Shown: positions 39,784 to 49,638, counted from the first letter of the stretch. The stretch: 64,000 nucleotides of DNA from Bryobacteraceae bacterium (GCA_963801345.1 CAWDER010000010.1:61325-125324); one strand, 5' to 3'. Numbers and translations: made by a program. The notes: generated by a model not told the origin, from the letters alone.

Positions 39784-41020
39784 TCAACGCGGCTTGGCTT
39801 CGTGCCGCCGGATGGCCATCCACAGTCCGGCCATCGTAATCAAGATCGCAACCAGCGAGACTCCCAGTCCGACACGGCGGCGGCCGCGCTCCTGCATGGC
39901 CCCCACGCCGGCCTGATAGGTCTCCGCGGCAATCTTCAGCCCATCATTGACGGGCTTCTCCACTGCATCCGGTTGAAACGCGTGCACCGCGACCCGGGCT
40001 TTGACCAGGGTCTCCTTGGCATCCTCCTCCTTGATGACCGCTTCGGAGACTTCCATGCCGGCCTTGGATGCCTCCTCCAGCTTGGCATCCGAGCGCGCCA
40101 GGGCTGCGCGAAGTTTCACGATCGAGCCGCCCATTTGGGCCGCCGCCAGCCCTCCCTTGGAGGTGGCCTCGTGGCAGTTGGAGCAGACCGCGTCCGGCCC
40201 GACGAGCATGGCGGAGGATGTCCTCAGCACCGCGTGATTGCTGTGGCAGGTGGTGCAACTCCCCACCCCCATGCTGGCGAAGGCGGCCTGGTGCGGGCTC
40301 TTCGCGTAAAGGTTCTCCATCAGCACATGGCAGGTGCCGCAGACGGCGGACACGGAACTGACGCCTGGCGGCGTGGCGCCGTGGTTGCCATGGCAAGAGG
40401 CGCAACTGGGGGCCGAAAGATCCCCGCGCTTTTCGAGCGCTTCCCAGTGAACGCTCTTCCGGTATTCGGCGAACTGGTCCGTGGGGATCTTATACTTCGC
40501 CATGTGCTGCGGGTCGGCATGGCAGCGCGCACAGGTCTCGGGCAGCCGCAACGGGTGGACGGGCGACAGACTATCTTTCACGCCCGCGAATACCATGCAC
40601 GCCGTGGCAGTCGGTACACACCGCCGCCCCGCTATCGCCCGAGGCGATGCGCTGGCCGTGAATGCTGGTCACGTACTGCGCGTATTGATCCACTCGCTGT
40701 TGCGGCTCGTACTTGTGCATCAAGGCCGCGTCCGCGTGGCAGCGCGCACAGAACTTCGGGATGGCGGTGCGGGCGGGCTTGCCGAGGAAGCCGCGGCCCC
40801 GGTTCATGGCGACCGTGGGGTCGTCGGCGCCGGCGTTGCCGCCGTGACAATCGGCGCAACTGAAACCGAAGCGCTTGTGGATGTCGTTCTGCATGCCGGC
40901 GACGGGCGCCTGGAGCGGACCTCCCAGCGCGGAGTGGCAGTCGGTACAGGAATCCTTCGCCCCGAACGCGAGGCCCGTGAAGAGGACCAGCAGCGGCCAG
41001 ATCTTGTGTGCGTGCCTCAT
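39784..41020 (-). CDS. nonahaem c-type cytochrome with C-terminal membrane anchor; apparent +1 frame disruption near 40582
   Basis: Signal peptide MRHAHKIWPLLVLFTGLAFG. Nine CXXCH motifs (4 before the shift, 5 after). TM helix VGLGVSLVAILITMAGLWMAI. The start overlaps the cytochrome b stop (ATGA). Confidence 0.75.
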
Positions 41021-42135
41021 CGCCAGTACCCCAGTGCGGAGAATGTGACCAGGTAGCCGATCAAGACTACGCCGGCCCCCGTGACCAGCTTGGTTCTCGT
41101 CACGCCCGTCCGGCCCACCGCCCAGAAGGGCAGTACGGCCCAACACGCGACGAGCAGAGAGAATCCGATCAGCCCCAGCAGTTCGCCCTCGATGAAAAGC
41201 ACGTGGCTGGGGATCAGCTTCAAGGTGTAGAAGGGCGCCAGAAAATACCACTCGGGGCGGATTCCGGCGGGCGCCGAGGCGAACGGGTCCGCCTTGGCGC
41301 CCAGTTCCCAGGGGAACAGGGCGGCCAGGGCGCCCAATACCGCCAGCGCTCCGTACCAGGCCATCAGCTCACGCAAGAAGAAGTTGGGGAAGAACAGCAT
41401 CTGCGGGACGCTTTGCGACTTGAGCCGGTAAGTCTCCTCCACTTTCGGAGGCGTGCTGATTCCGAACTTCTGCACCAGCGCCAGGTGCACCAGCAGGAAC
41501 AGCGTCGTGAGACCGGGCAGCACCGCCACGTGGAATCCGAAGAAGCGCGTGAGCGTCCCGCCGCCGACATCCTCTCCTCCGCGCAGGAAGCGTGCCAGCG
41601 GCTCGCCAATCCAGGGAAGGCTGGCGGCCATGTCCGTGCCGACCTTCGTGGCGAAGTACGAGATCGTGTTCCAAGGCAGCAGGTAGCCGCTGAAGCCGAA
41701 TCCCAGCGCCAGCCCCAGCAGCGCGATGCCGCTGAGCCAGGTCAGTTCGCGCGGCTTGCGGTAGGCGTGCAGGAAGACCACGCTGAACATGTGCACGAAG
41801 GCCGACAGAATCATCAGGTTCGCCGACCAGCTATGCACCGATCGCACCAGCCAGCCGAACTGCACGCGCGTCATGATGAACTGCACGCTCTCGTACGCCT
41901 CCGAGGGCGTCGGCCGGTAGTACAGCAGCAGCAGGATGCCGGTGAGTACCTGGATGACGAACAGAAACAGCGTGATGCCGCCGAAGTAGTACCAGGCGGT
42001 TGCCGAATGCACCGGCACGCTCTTATGACCCAGGAACTCGCGGACGCCGCCGAGCCCGAGACGCTCGTCCAGCCACTCCAGAACGGCTTTCTTGTTGGCG
42101 GCCAAGGACACGCTCCCTCTTCTCCCGCTACGCAC
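41017..42135 (-). CDS. fused cytochrome b (b6 plus subunit-IV-like) of a Rieske/cytochrome b complex
   Basis: His pairs are spaced 13 residues apart (VHSW...FVHMF) and 14 apart (FHVAV...LLVHL). A PEWY motif is present. The start may be an internal GTG at 42111. Confidence 0.9.
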   Translation of the reverse strand: MRSGRRGSVSLAANKKAVLEWLDERLGLGGVREFLGHKSVPVHSATAWYYFGGITLFLFVIQVLTGILLLLYYRPTPSEAYESVQFIMTRVQFGWLVRSVHSWSANLMILSAFVHMFSVVFLHAYRKPRELTWLSGIALLGLALGFGFSGYLLPWNTISYFATKVGTDMAASLPWIGEPLARFLRGGEDVGGGTLTRFFGFHVAVLPGLTTLFLLVHLALVQKFGISTPPKVEETYRLKSQSVPQMLFFPNFFLRELMAWYGALAVLGALAALFPWELGAKADPFASAPAGIRPEWYFLAPFYTLKLIPSHVLFIEGELLGLIGFSLLVACWAVLPFWAVGRTGVTRTKLVTGAGVVLIGYLVTFSALGYWR

Positions 42136-42559
42136 GGCGCGACACCACGACGGCTTCTCCGCGGACGTGTACCGTGTACTCTTCCAGAGGTCTGGGCGGA
42201 GGTCCGGAGATCACCCGTCCATTCAGGTCATAGAGACCGTTGTGGCACGCGCACCAAATCTGGCGGCCGGCCTCCTGATACTGGACCGTGCAATTGAGAT
42301 GAGTGCAGACCGCGGAAAACGCCCGCCAGTCGGTCTCGTTCAGGCGGATCAGCAGCACCGGCCGGCTGCCGAAGCGTACGATCTTGCCGCTGTTCGCCTT
42401 CAGATCCGATACCTTGCCCGCGGCCACCTCGTTCACGGCCGCTTCCGGCACGGCGGGCGGATTCATGAAGCTGAGAGCGGGATACAGGAATGAAACGATG
42501 GAAGCGGTGAACCCACCACCCAAAATCCAACGAATGAGGCTACGCCGTTCCACGGCCAT
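42128..42559 (-). CDS. Rieske [2Fe-2S] protein
   Basis: CTHLNC...CACHNG cluster boxes. N-terminal ERRSLIR twin-arginine motif plus a TM helix. Confidence 0.9.
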   Translation of the reverse strand: MAVERRSLIRWILGGGFTASIVSFLYPALSFMNPPAVPEAAVNEVAAGKVSDLKANSGKIVRFGSRPVLLIRLNETDWRAFSAVCTHLNCTVQYQEAGRQIWCACHNGLYDLNGRVISGPPPRPLEEYTVHVRGEAVVVSRRA

Positions 42560-42656
42560 GCATCCCTCCCCCTTTGGGCCACGGTATTAAACATTGGGGG
42601 GCAATGTCAAGCGCACCAGTAGAGCCGAAAACCCGAATCCCCTCGTTTCCGCGGTA

Positions 42657-42678
42657 GGGCAGGCGCTTCCGCCTGCCC
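42657..42678 (-). terminator. GC-rich hairpin 15 nt after the lipocalin-like gene stop (no U-tract)
   Basis: GGGCAGGCG-CTTC-CGCCTGCCC. Confidence 0.3.
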
Positions 42679-42692
42679 CCGCCAGCCACCCG

Positions 42693-43160
42693 CTACTGCC
42701 TGTCGAAAGCTAATGTCTGGGTCACAGGCTTTCCGTCGGCGTCGATGCCTGAGGAAGTCTGCGTCAGCGTTTTGCCGTCTTTGGAAATGGCGGTTCGACC
42801 TGTAAAATGGTACTTCCCGCCAGTCTTTTTCACTTCCCAGCTCGTCGTGAGCGCATCGATCCGTTTGACGGTAATGGTGTCAAACGGTCCTCCCGTGACC
42901 GGATATTCCTTGCCATCGTACTTGTAAACAAATGTGTAATTGAGGGGAACACCACCCATCGTCTGTCCGCTCCGTGTCAACTTCAGCCCTCCGTCGGGGG
43001 TTGCCTCCCGCACATCGGTTTGGCTCTTGACCGGGTCTGTGCTCGTGGTCTTGGATTTGGCGGCATTGTACTTCCAGGTTCCGACCGAACTGTCGGCCCC
43101 CAACATCCCGATGGCCGTGATCGCCACGCCGATAAATAACTTTGTTGCGATGCGTCGCAT
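42693..43160 (-). CDS. small secreted beta-rich (lipocalin-like) hypothetical protein
   Basis: 155 aa from MRRIATKLFIGVAITAIGMLGA. The longer listed ORF runs into the repeat element. Confidence 0.55.
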   Translation of the reverse strand: MRRIATKLFIGVAITAIGMLGADSSVGTWKYNAAKSKTTSTDPVKSQTDVREATPDGGLKLTRSGQTMGGVPLNYTFVYKYDGKEYPVTGGPFDTITVKRIDALTTSWEVKKTGGKYHFTGRTAISKDGKTLTQTSSGIDADGKPVTQTLAFDRQ

Positions 43161-43286
43161 AGTCTTAGCCTCTCTGATTTTGATTTTTCCCAGGTACTCC
43201 AAGCGTGGCTCGATCATAGCACGGCCAGGAGCCACCGCACGAGCGGTTACTGGCAATTTACTGCAACTTGCTTCGTTACTGGCCCG

Positions 43287-43378
43287 GTGGGGCAGACCAT
43301 CGCAGTTTGTGGTCTGCCAATCGCAGCAAACCGCTATGCCCGCCCACGCAGGGGACAGACAACGGGCGCCTGCGCCAC
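43287..43378. repeat. REPIN-like inverted doublet of hairpin modules
   Basis: Module a is GTGGGGCAGACCATCGCAGTTTGTGGTCTGCC. Module b (inverted, degenerate) is GCAGGGGACAGACAACGGGCGCCTGCGCCAC. Confidence 0.75.
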
Positions 43379-43412
43379 CAGGGATAATGGGCATTCTGCT
43401 TGGCCCAGACCA

Positions 43413-44105
43413 CTACCGCCCTGGCCGCACCATCGGCACAAAGCGCACAGGGAAGACGGACCGTTGGCGGATCTTGCCGTCGGGGCCTTTGTCGAAGACG
43501 ACCAGTTCCTGATCGAGCGCGCTCGCACCTACCGGAGCCACTAACTTGCCTCCGGGCTTCAACTGGTCCAGCAGCGCCTTCGGTATCTCCGGCGGTGCGG
43601 CGGTGAGGATGATCCGGTCGAAGGGGGCCTCCGCGGGCCAGCCCAAGTAGCCATCGCCCTGCCGGACGGTCACGTTCGCGTAGCCCAGCGTCTTCAGAAG
43701 GCCCGCGCTCTGCTGGGCCAATTCCGGCACGATTTCGATTGAAAAGAGCCGGCCCACCAGCGGCGATAGCACCGCGGCCTGGTAGCCGGAGCCGGTGCCG
43801 ATCTCGAGGACTTTCTGCGTTTTCGCGGGCGCGAGCAACTCCGTCATCACCGCGACGATGTAAGGCTGCGAAATCGTCTGGCCATAGCCGATGGGCAGCG
43901 GGGTGTCCTGGTACGCCTGCGGGCGCATCGGTTCCGGCACGAAGAGGTGCCGCGGCGTGGCACGCATCGCGCGCAGGACTTCGGGACTGCGGACGCCACG
44001 CTCCTGGATCTGCTCGGCGATCATCCGGTCCCGCTGGGCCTGGTAGGCGTCCCCAGCCGAGAGCAGCAGGCCGGCGGGAAACCAGAGCAGGAGCAGCCCG
44101 ACCAT
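43413..44105 (-). CDS. pcm: protein-L-isoaspartate O-methyltransferase
   Basis: ISQPYIVAVMTELL and VLEIGTGSGYQAAVL motifs. Confidence 0.9.
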   Translation of the reverse strand: MVGLLLLWFPAGLLLSAGDAYQAQRDRMIAEQIQERGVRSPEVLRAMRATPRHLFVPEPMRPQAYQDTPLPIGYGQTISQPYIVAVMTELLAPAKTQKVLEIGTGSGYQAAVLSPLVGRLFSIEIVPELAQQSAGLLKTLGYANVTVRQGDGYLGWPAEAPFDRIILTAAPPEIPKALLDQLKPGGKLVAPVGASALDQELVVFDKGPDGKIRQRSVFPVRFVPMVRPGR

Positions 44106-44141
44106 ACCTTGATGCTATGCGGCTTGGCGTACAATGTCCAG

Positions 44142-45542
44142 GTGACTCCAAAGAAATCGGTTCTTGGCAAAACTTCTTCCATCGGTTCGCCCGGACTCCT
44201 ACGCCAGTTGGGCGTCGTCAGCGCGACGGCGCTGGTCGTCTCGAACATGGTCGGGACGGGCATCTTCACCACCAGCGGTTTTCTGGCAGGCGACTTGGGC
44301 GCTCCTTCCCTGGTCTTGAGCATCTGGGTGGTGGGAGCGATCTTCGCGCTGGTGGGAGCGTTTTGCTATTCGGAACTCGGCGTCAATTTCCCAAGCTCCG
44401 GCGGCGAGTACGTGTACCTGACGCGCGCGTACGGTCCGACCTGGGGCTTCATGACGGGATGGGTCTCGTTCTTCGCCGGATTCTCGGCGCCCATCGCCGC
44501 CGCCTCCTTGGCTTTCTCCGACTACCTGGGCTACTTCTTCCCCGCCGTGAGGCAGGCCAACGCGCAGATCACCATCGGGTCGGGCGATTATTCCTTCAAA
44601 ATGGGCGGCGCGCAACTGGTGGCCGCCGGCCTGATCGCGCTGTTCACCGTCCTCAACTTCTTCGGAGTCCGGCGCATTGCCCGCATCCAGAATGTGTTGA
44701 CCGCCACCAAAATCCTGGTGCTGTTGGCCTTCATCGGGCTGGGGTTCGCCATTGGCACGGGAAGCTGGGGCAACTTCTCCATGACCACGGCCCGCACTTC
44801 CACCACGTCGCTGCCGGCCCAGTTCGCCATCAGCCTGTTCTGGATCTATGTCGCCTACAGCGGGTGGAATGCGGCCACCTACGTCGCCGAGGAACTGAAG
44901 AAGCCCGAGCGGACGCTGCCCGTCGCCCTGGCCGTGGGCGCCGGCCTGGTCGCCGCGCTCTACATCGGACTGAACCTGATCTTCATCTACGCCGTGCCCC
45001 TCGGCGAGATGAAAGGCGTGTTGGCGGTAGGCGCTCTGGCGGCTTCGAAGCTCTTCGGTCCGGGCATTGCGGGCGTGTTCAGCGCTCTGATGGCGCTCTC
45101 GCTGATGTCCACGGTGAACGCCATGGTCACCATCGGTCCCCGCGTGTACTACGCCATGGCGAAGAACGGCGCCTTCCTGCCGATGGCCGCCAAGGTCGAT
45201 CCGCGCTGGCACACTCCGGTCGCCGCCATCGTGCTGCAGGGGATTTGCGCCGTACTCATGACGCTCACGCCGTTCCCCCAACTGGTTATTTACATCGGGT
45301 TCACCCTCAACTTCTTCGCGGTGATGTCGGTCAGTTCGCTCTTCCTGTTCCGGCGGCGGCCGGATTGGCAGAAGCTGCGCGTGGTGAGTTTCGCCTGGCC
45401 CCTGTTGCCGGCTCTCTTCCTACTGGTGGGCGGATGGATGACCGTTTACGGTTTCCTGCTGCAACCCAAGGTCTCGCTCGCCGCGGTCGTCACCGTGGCT
45501 TTGGGCGCGTTGGTTTACCATTTCAAGGTCAGGCAGGCCTAA
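44142..45542 (+). CDS. APC-family amino acid permease
   Basis: About 12 TM helices and the LVVSNMVGTGIFTTSG motif. The start is GTG 44142 or ATG 44112. Confidence 0.85.
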   Translation: MTPKKSVLGKTSSIGSPGLLRQLGVVSATALVVSNMVGTGIFTTSGFLAGDLGAPSLVLSIWVVGAIFALVGAFCYSELGVNFPSSGGEYVYLTRAYGPTWGFMTGWVSFFAGFSAPIAAASLAFSDYLGYFFPAVRQANAQITIGSGDYSFKMGGAQLVAAGLIALFTVLNFFGVRRIARIQNVLTATKILVLLAFIGLGFAIGTGSWGNFSMTTARTSTTSLPAQFAISLFWIYVAYSGWNAATYVAEELKKPERTLPVALAVGAGLVAALYIGLNLIFIYAVPLGEMKGVLAVGALAASKLFGPGIAGVFSALMALSLMSTVNAMVTIGPRVYYAMAKNGAFLPMAAKVDPRWHTPVAAIVLQGICAVLMTLTPFPQLVIYIGFTLNFFAVMSVSSLFLFRRRPDWQKLRVVSFAWPLLPALFLLVGGWMTVYGFLLQPKVSLAAVVTVALGALVYHFKVRQA

Positions 45543-45598
45543 ACGCGCCTCCCGCTAACCGAACCCCGGCGCGCAGCATCTTAACTAGTAGGCTGGGC

Positions 45599-46441
45599 AT
45601 GCAAGCGGAACCGAGCGCCGGGAAGAGGAGTCGATTTGTGTCATCGCGGGGACTCGGCTTCATCCTCCTGCTGTTGGTTTTTACAGCAACGGCAGCTGCT
45701 TCGAAACCCGAGCGTCAGGCGATCGTCCTGCGCGGCCGTCCGCAGATCCTCTACCATCTGGCCCCGGCGGCTTCCTCGGAAGTGCAGCACCCCCCGGTTC
45801 TCTTCATCCCCGGAGACGGCGGCTGCAACCGAGCCGCCATGAAGATGGCCCGCATGATCTCCTCGCTCGGATACGAGGTGTTTGGTCTGGATGTGCGGCG
45901 CTACCTTTCCACTTCCACCCACGGCCGCAAAGTGCTGACCGAAGACCAGATGGCCGCGGACATGGAGGAAGCCATCCGCGCCGTGGCCGGGCCGGAGCAT
46001 CGCGCGGTGCTGCTGGCCGGCTGGTCGCAGGGCGCGACGATGGCGGTTTTGGCCGCGGCCCACATGCGGGACCGGCGCCTTCTGCAAGGCGTCCTCACGG
46101 TTGCACTTCCGGAAGCCGGCACTTTGGGCTGGCGCCGGCTCGACACACTCCTGTTGCTGTTTCGCAAGGGGCCCCATGAACCTGATTTCCAGGTGGCCCC
46201 GCTGTTGCCTGAGGTTGCGCCAACTCCACTGTGGATGGTGTACGGAACCCGCGACCATTTCACCCCGGCGTCCATCGCGCGGCGCCTCGCGGCCAGGGCG
46301 CGAAGGCCGAGACGCCGCCGGGAAATCCAAGGCGGAAACCACACCCTCGACAATCAAAGCTCCCGTTTGAAGAGTTCCCTCGCGTCGGGGCTGGCCTGGC
46401 TGTCCCGGTCACGGCCCGTGCCCCAGACCGGACGCCCCTGA
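45599..46441 (+). CDS. alpha/beta hydrolase (VirJ/AcvB-like), secreted
   Basis: In-frame ATG at 45599. Signal-like FILLLLVFTATAAA. Nucleophile elbow GWSQGA. Confidence 0.6.
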   Translation: MQAEPSAGKRSRFVSSRGLGFILLLLVFTATAAASKPERQAIVLRGRPQILYHLAPAASSEVQHPPVLFIPGDGGCNRAAMKMARMISSLGYEVFGLDVRRYLSTSTHGRKVLTEDQMAADMEEAIRAVAGPEHRAVLLAGWSQGATMAVLAAAHMRDRRLLQGVLTVALPEAGTLGWRRLDTLLLLFRKGPHEPDFQVAPLLPEVAPTPLWMVYGTRDHFTPASIARRLAARARRPRRRREIQGGNHTLDNQSSRLKSSLASGLAWLSRSRPVPQTGRP

Positions 46442-46450
46442 CGCGCGACA

Positions 46451-46534
46451 GTGGAGCAGACGATCGTTTTTTGTCGTCTGCTATGCCTGGCAACTCGCAA
46501 AGGGCAGACCACAAACGACGATGGTCTGCCCCAC
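46451..46534. repeat. REPIN-like inverted doublet of hairpin modules
   Basis: Module a is GTGGAGCAGACGATCGTTTTTTGTCGTCTGCT. After a 19-nt spacer comes the inverted module GGGCAGACCACAAACGACGATGGTCTGCCCCAC. Confidence 0.85.
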
Positions 46535-46566
46535 GGCCTCCGCCTCGCTGTTATCCTGCGATACAG

Positions 46567-47487
46567 ATGGCACAGATCCTCGACGGCATCCGCATTCGTG
46601 ACCAGATTCTGACAGAGTGCAAATCGCGAGTGGAACGGCTGGCCGCGGCGGGCCGCGTGCCGGGTCTTACCGTGATCCTGGTGGGGGACGACCCCGCCTC
46701 GCACATTTACGTGCGCAACAAGATCAAAGCCTGCGAGGAAATCGGAATCCGCAGCCAGAAACTCACGCCGCCCGCTAGCATCACCACGGAGGAACTGCTC
46801 GGGCTGATCGCGGACCTTAACCGTGAAGAAGCGGTGGACGGCATCCTCGTGCAGATGCCCTTGCCCCCGCACATCGACTCCAAGCGAATTCTGCTGGCGG
46901 TTTCTCCGGAGAAGGACGTCGACGGGCTGCATCCTCTCAACGCCGGAAATCTGGTCACCAACCGTCCCGGGCCCCGCCCCTGCACTCCCTCCGGAATCAT
47001 GCAGATCCTGAAGCGGCACGCCATCCCCGTCTCCGGGCAGCGCGCGGTTGTGGTGGGCCGCAGCGACCTGGTGGGCAAGCCCATGGCGTTCCTCCTGCTG
47101 CATGACCACGCCACCGTCACCATCTGCCACTCGAAGACGGCGGACTTGCCGGGGGTCTGCCGCGAAGCCGACATTCTGGTCGCCGCCATGGGGCGGGCGG
47201 CGCTCATCACGGGGGATTTCATCAAGCCGGGCGCGACCGTCATCGATGTGGGCACCAACCGCGTCAGCGATCGCGATCGGGCCGCCGCCATCTTCGCCCG
47301 CAAACCCGAAAGGCTGGCCGATTTCGACAAGAAGGGCAGCCTCCTGGTGGGCGACGTCCACCCTGTCGATGTCGCCGAGCGCGCCGGCGCCTACACCCCG
47401 GTTCCGGGCGGCGTAGGGCCGCTGACCATCGCCATGCTCATGGTCAACACCATCGAGATCGCCGAGCGGAGACGCCACGGATGTTGA
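46567..47487 (+). CDS. folD: bifunctional methylenetetrahydrofolate dehydrogenase/cyclohydrolase
   Basis: MAQILDGIRIRDQIL...LTVILVGDDPASHIYVRNKIKAC, VVGRSDLVGKPMA, PVPGGVGPLT. Confidence 0.95.
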   Translation: MAQILDGIRIRDQILTECKSRVERLAAAGRVPGLTVILVGDDPASHIYVRNKIKACEEIGIRSQKLTPPASITTEELLGLIADLNREEAVDGILVQMPLPPHIDSKRILLAVSPEKDVDGLHPLNAGNLVTNRPGPRPCTPSGIMQILKRHAIPVSGQRAVVVGRSDLVGKPMAFLLLHDHATVTICHSKTADLPGVCREADILVAAMGRAALITGDFIKPGATVIDVGTNRVSDRDRAAAIFARKPERLADFDKKGSLLVGDVHPVDVAERAGAYTPVPGGVGPLTIAMLMVNTIEIAERRRHGC

Positions 47488-48083
47488 AAGTCGGCCTGAC
47501 GGGCGGGCTGGCGAGCGGCAAGAGTTTCGTCGGTCAGGCGCTCGCGGACCTCGGCTGCCACTTGATCCAAGCCGACGAACTCGGGCACCAGGTGCTGGCG
47601 CGCGGGGGCGAGGCATTCGATCCCGTCGTGGCGGAGTTCGGCCCAGGCATACTGGCGCCGGACGGGTCCATCGACCGCAAGCGTCTGGCCGCGGAAGTCT
47701 TCACGCGTCCCGAGCGGCTGGCGGCGCTCACCCGGCTGGTGCATCCTCCGGTCATCCGTAGGGAGAATGAGTTGACCGCCGAGATCGGCGAGCGCGAGCC
47801 GGGAGCCATCGTTGTGGTGGAAGCCGCTGTCATGATCGAGGCAGGCAGCCACACGCGTTTCGACAAATTGATCCTGGCCGTGTGCACTCCGGCGCAACAG
47901 GTGGAACGCGCCATGCTGCGCGACCGTATATCTCGAGAGAAGGCGCTGGCGCGCATGGGGCGTCAGATGCCGCTCGAGCAGAAGCTCAAGTTCGCCGATT
48001 ACGTCATCGACACCTCCGGGGACCAGGCTGACACCCTGCGCCAAGTCCAGGAGGTCTATCATTTGCTTCGGAGCGTTGCATGA
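47481..48083 (+). CDS. coaE: dephospho-CoA kinase
   Basis: P-loop GLTGGLASGKS. Overlaps the folD end. Confidence 0.9.
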   Translation: MLKVGLTGGLASGKSFVGQALADLGCHLIQADELGHQVLARGGEAFDPVVAEFGPGILAPDGSIDRKRLAAEVFTRPERLAALTRLVHPPVIRRENELTAEIGEREPGAIVVVEAAVMIEAGSHTRFDKLILAVCTPAQQVERAMLRDRISREKALARMGRQMPLEQKLKFADYVIDTSGDQADTLRQVQEVYHLLRSVA

Positions 48084-49234
48084 AGATCCGATCTCTTCTG
48101 ATCGCCGGCCTGCTGGTCGCCGGCTTTGTTTACATGACCTCGGTTGCCAACTGGAGCCCCCGCGGGCTGTGGCGGGGCGCCTCCGCCGGCGGTCCCTTGT
48201 GGTCCGGGCCCGAGATCGCCCGTTCGGCCGGGCTCAGCACCGACGAGGTGAACAACATCGAGATCTACAAGGCGGCCAATCAGGCCACCGTCAACATCAG
48301 CACGGTGGTCTACCAGGAGCGGTGGTTCGTCGGGGTGGTTCCGGTGGAGGGCGCCGGCTCCGGCTTCCTGCTCGACGCCGACGGGAGGATTCTGACCAAC
48401 AACCATGTGGTCCAGGGCCGCAACCCGCAAATCAGCGTGATCCTGTCCGACCGCACCCGCTACGAGGCCACCGTTGTCTTCCGCGAACCGGAGAACGATC
48501 TGGCCCTATTGAAGATCACTCCGAAGAAGAAGCTGCCCTTTTTGAAACTCGGCGACTCCGACAGCCTGCAAGTGGGCCAGAAGGTGCTGGCCATCGGCAA
48601 CCCGTTCGGATTGGACGGCACGCTGACGACGGGGATCATCAGCTCGCTGCACCGCTCGGTTCCGAGCGAGGAGGGCCGCGACATGGCGGACATGGTGCAG
48701 ACCGACGCCGCCATCAACCCGGGCAACAGCGGAGGGCCGCTCCTCGACAGCCAGGGGAATGTAATTGGAATGAACACCATGATCGTCGGCGCCGCCAACG
48801 TCGGCATCGGCTTCGCCCTTCCCATCAACCGGGCCAAAGGGATGCTCGAGGACTATCAGTTCGAGGGCCGCTTTGGCCGTTCCACGTTGGGGGTGAATTC
48901 AAGCCAGGTACTTCCCGTTTCGGGAGAAATGGCCGTGGCTCTGGAATTGCCGGCCGAGGGCGGCCTCCTGGTGGTGTCCGTGGATCGCGGTTCGCCGGCG
49001 GCTCAGGCCGGCATTCGCGGCGCCCGGCAGCGGGTCGCCGTGGGCGGCTACCTGATCCCGTACGGCGGCGACCTGATCCTGGCCATCGACGGGCGCTCCG
49101 CGGATACGAGCACCGCTCTGGACCGCGCCGTCCGAGGCAAGAAGCCCGGCGACTCGGTCGTGCTGACCATCTACCGCGACGGCCGCACCCTCAAGGTCCC
49201 CGTCAAACTCGGCCAGGCAGCGCAGCCCTTGTAG
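48080..49234 (+). CDS. HtrA/DegP-family serine protease with PDZ domain
   Basis: Catalytic triad context (TNNHVV, NDLALLKI, GNSGGPL) and a C-terminal PDZ domain. Confidence 0.9.
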   Translation: MKIRSLLIAGLLVAGFVYMTSVANWSPRGLWRGASAGGPLWSGPEIARSAGLSTDEVNNIEIYKAANQATVNISTVVYQERWFVGVVPVEGAGSGFLLDADGRILTNNHVVQGRNPQISVILSDRTRYEATVVFREPENDLALLKITPKKKLPFLKLGDSDSLQVGQKVLAIGNPFGLDGTLTTGIISSLHRSVPSEEGRDMADMVQTDAAINPGNSGGPLLDSQGNVIGMNTMIVGAANVGIGFALPINRAKGMLEDYQFEGRFGRSTLGVNSSQVLPVSGEMAVALELPAEGGLLVVSVDRGSPAAQAGIRGARQRVAVGGYLIPYGGDLILAIDGRSADTSTALDRAVRGKKPGDSVVLTIYRDGRTLKVPVKLGQAAQPL

Positions 49235-49332
49235 GGAGGAAGCCCGGCGACTCGGTCGTGCTGACCATCTACCGCGACGGCCGCACCCTCAAGGTCCCCG
49301 TCAAACTCGGCCAGGCAGCGCAGCCCTTGTAG
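49141..49332 (+). repeat. tandem duplication of the last 94 bp of the protease gene (period 98 bp)
   Basis: 49141-49234 and 49239-49332 read identically by eye, including the TAG. They are separated by GGAG. Confidence 0.9.
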
Positions 49333-49351
49333 CGCACGCGCCCACGCGCGC
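49329..49351 (-). repeat. REP-A partial copy (hairpin 2), inverted orientation
   Basis: GTAGC GCACGCG-CCCA-CGCGCGC. Its TAG (49330-49332) is the stop codon of the second duplicate. Confidence 0.7.
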
Positions 49352-49404
49352 CGCTCGAAGCTGACCCAGAAGCCGGTCCGTTCCCGACCATCGAAACTCC
49401 GGTC

Positions 49405-49638
49405 TTATAGGCCGGATTGTCTTTGTAAAGATCTTACTTCGCTATACTCCAAAATATCTCCAGGCTGACATTCCAGCGCTTCGCAAATCGCTTCCAATGT
49501 TGATAGCCGGATCGCTTTTGCCTTGCCGTTTTTCAAGATGGAAATGTTGGCCATCGTGATGCCGACTTTCTCGGCGAGCTCGGTGACGCTCATCTTCCGC
49601 TTCGCCAACATGACGTCTATGTTGATTATGATCGCCAT
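49405..49638 (-). CDS. XRE-family HTH transcriptional regulator (YozG-like)
   Basis: 77 aa. MSVTELAEKVGITMANISILKNGKAKAIRLSTLEAICEALECQPGDIL. Confidence 0.85.
   Translation of the reverse strand: MAIIINIDVMLAKRKMSVTELAEKVGITMANISILKNGKAKAIRLSTLEAICEALECQPGDILEYSEVRSLQRQSGL

Noticed and set aside
49239-49332. The second copy of the protease C-terminus, or ORF 48076-49332, as a separate or alternative coding sequence.
   Set aside because: The long ORF that reaches this copy is in a junk frame upstream. The duplicate is out of frame with the real gene, which already terminates at 49234.
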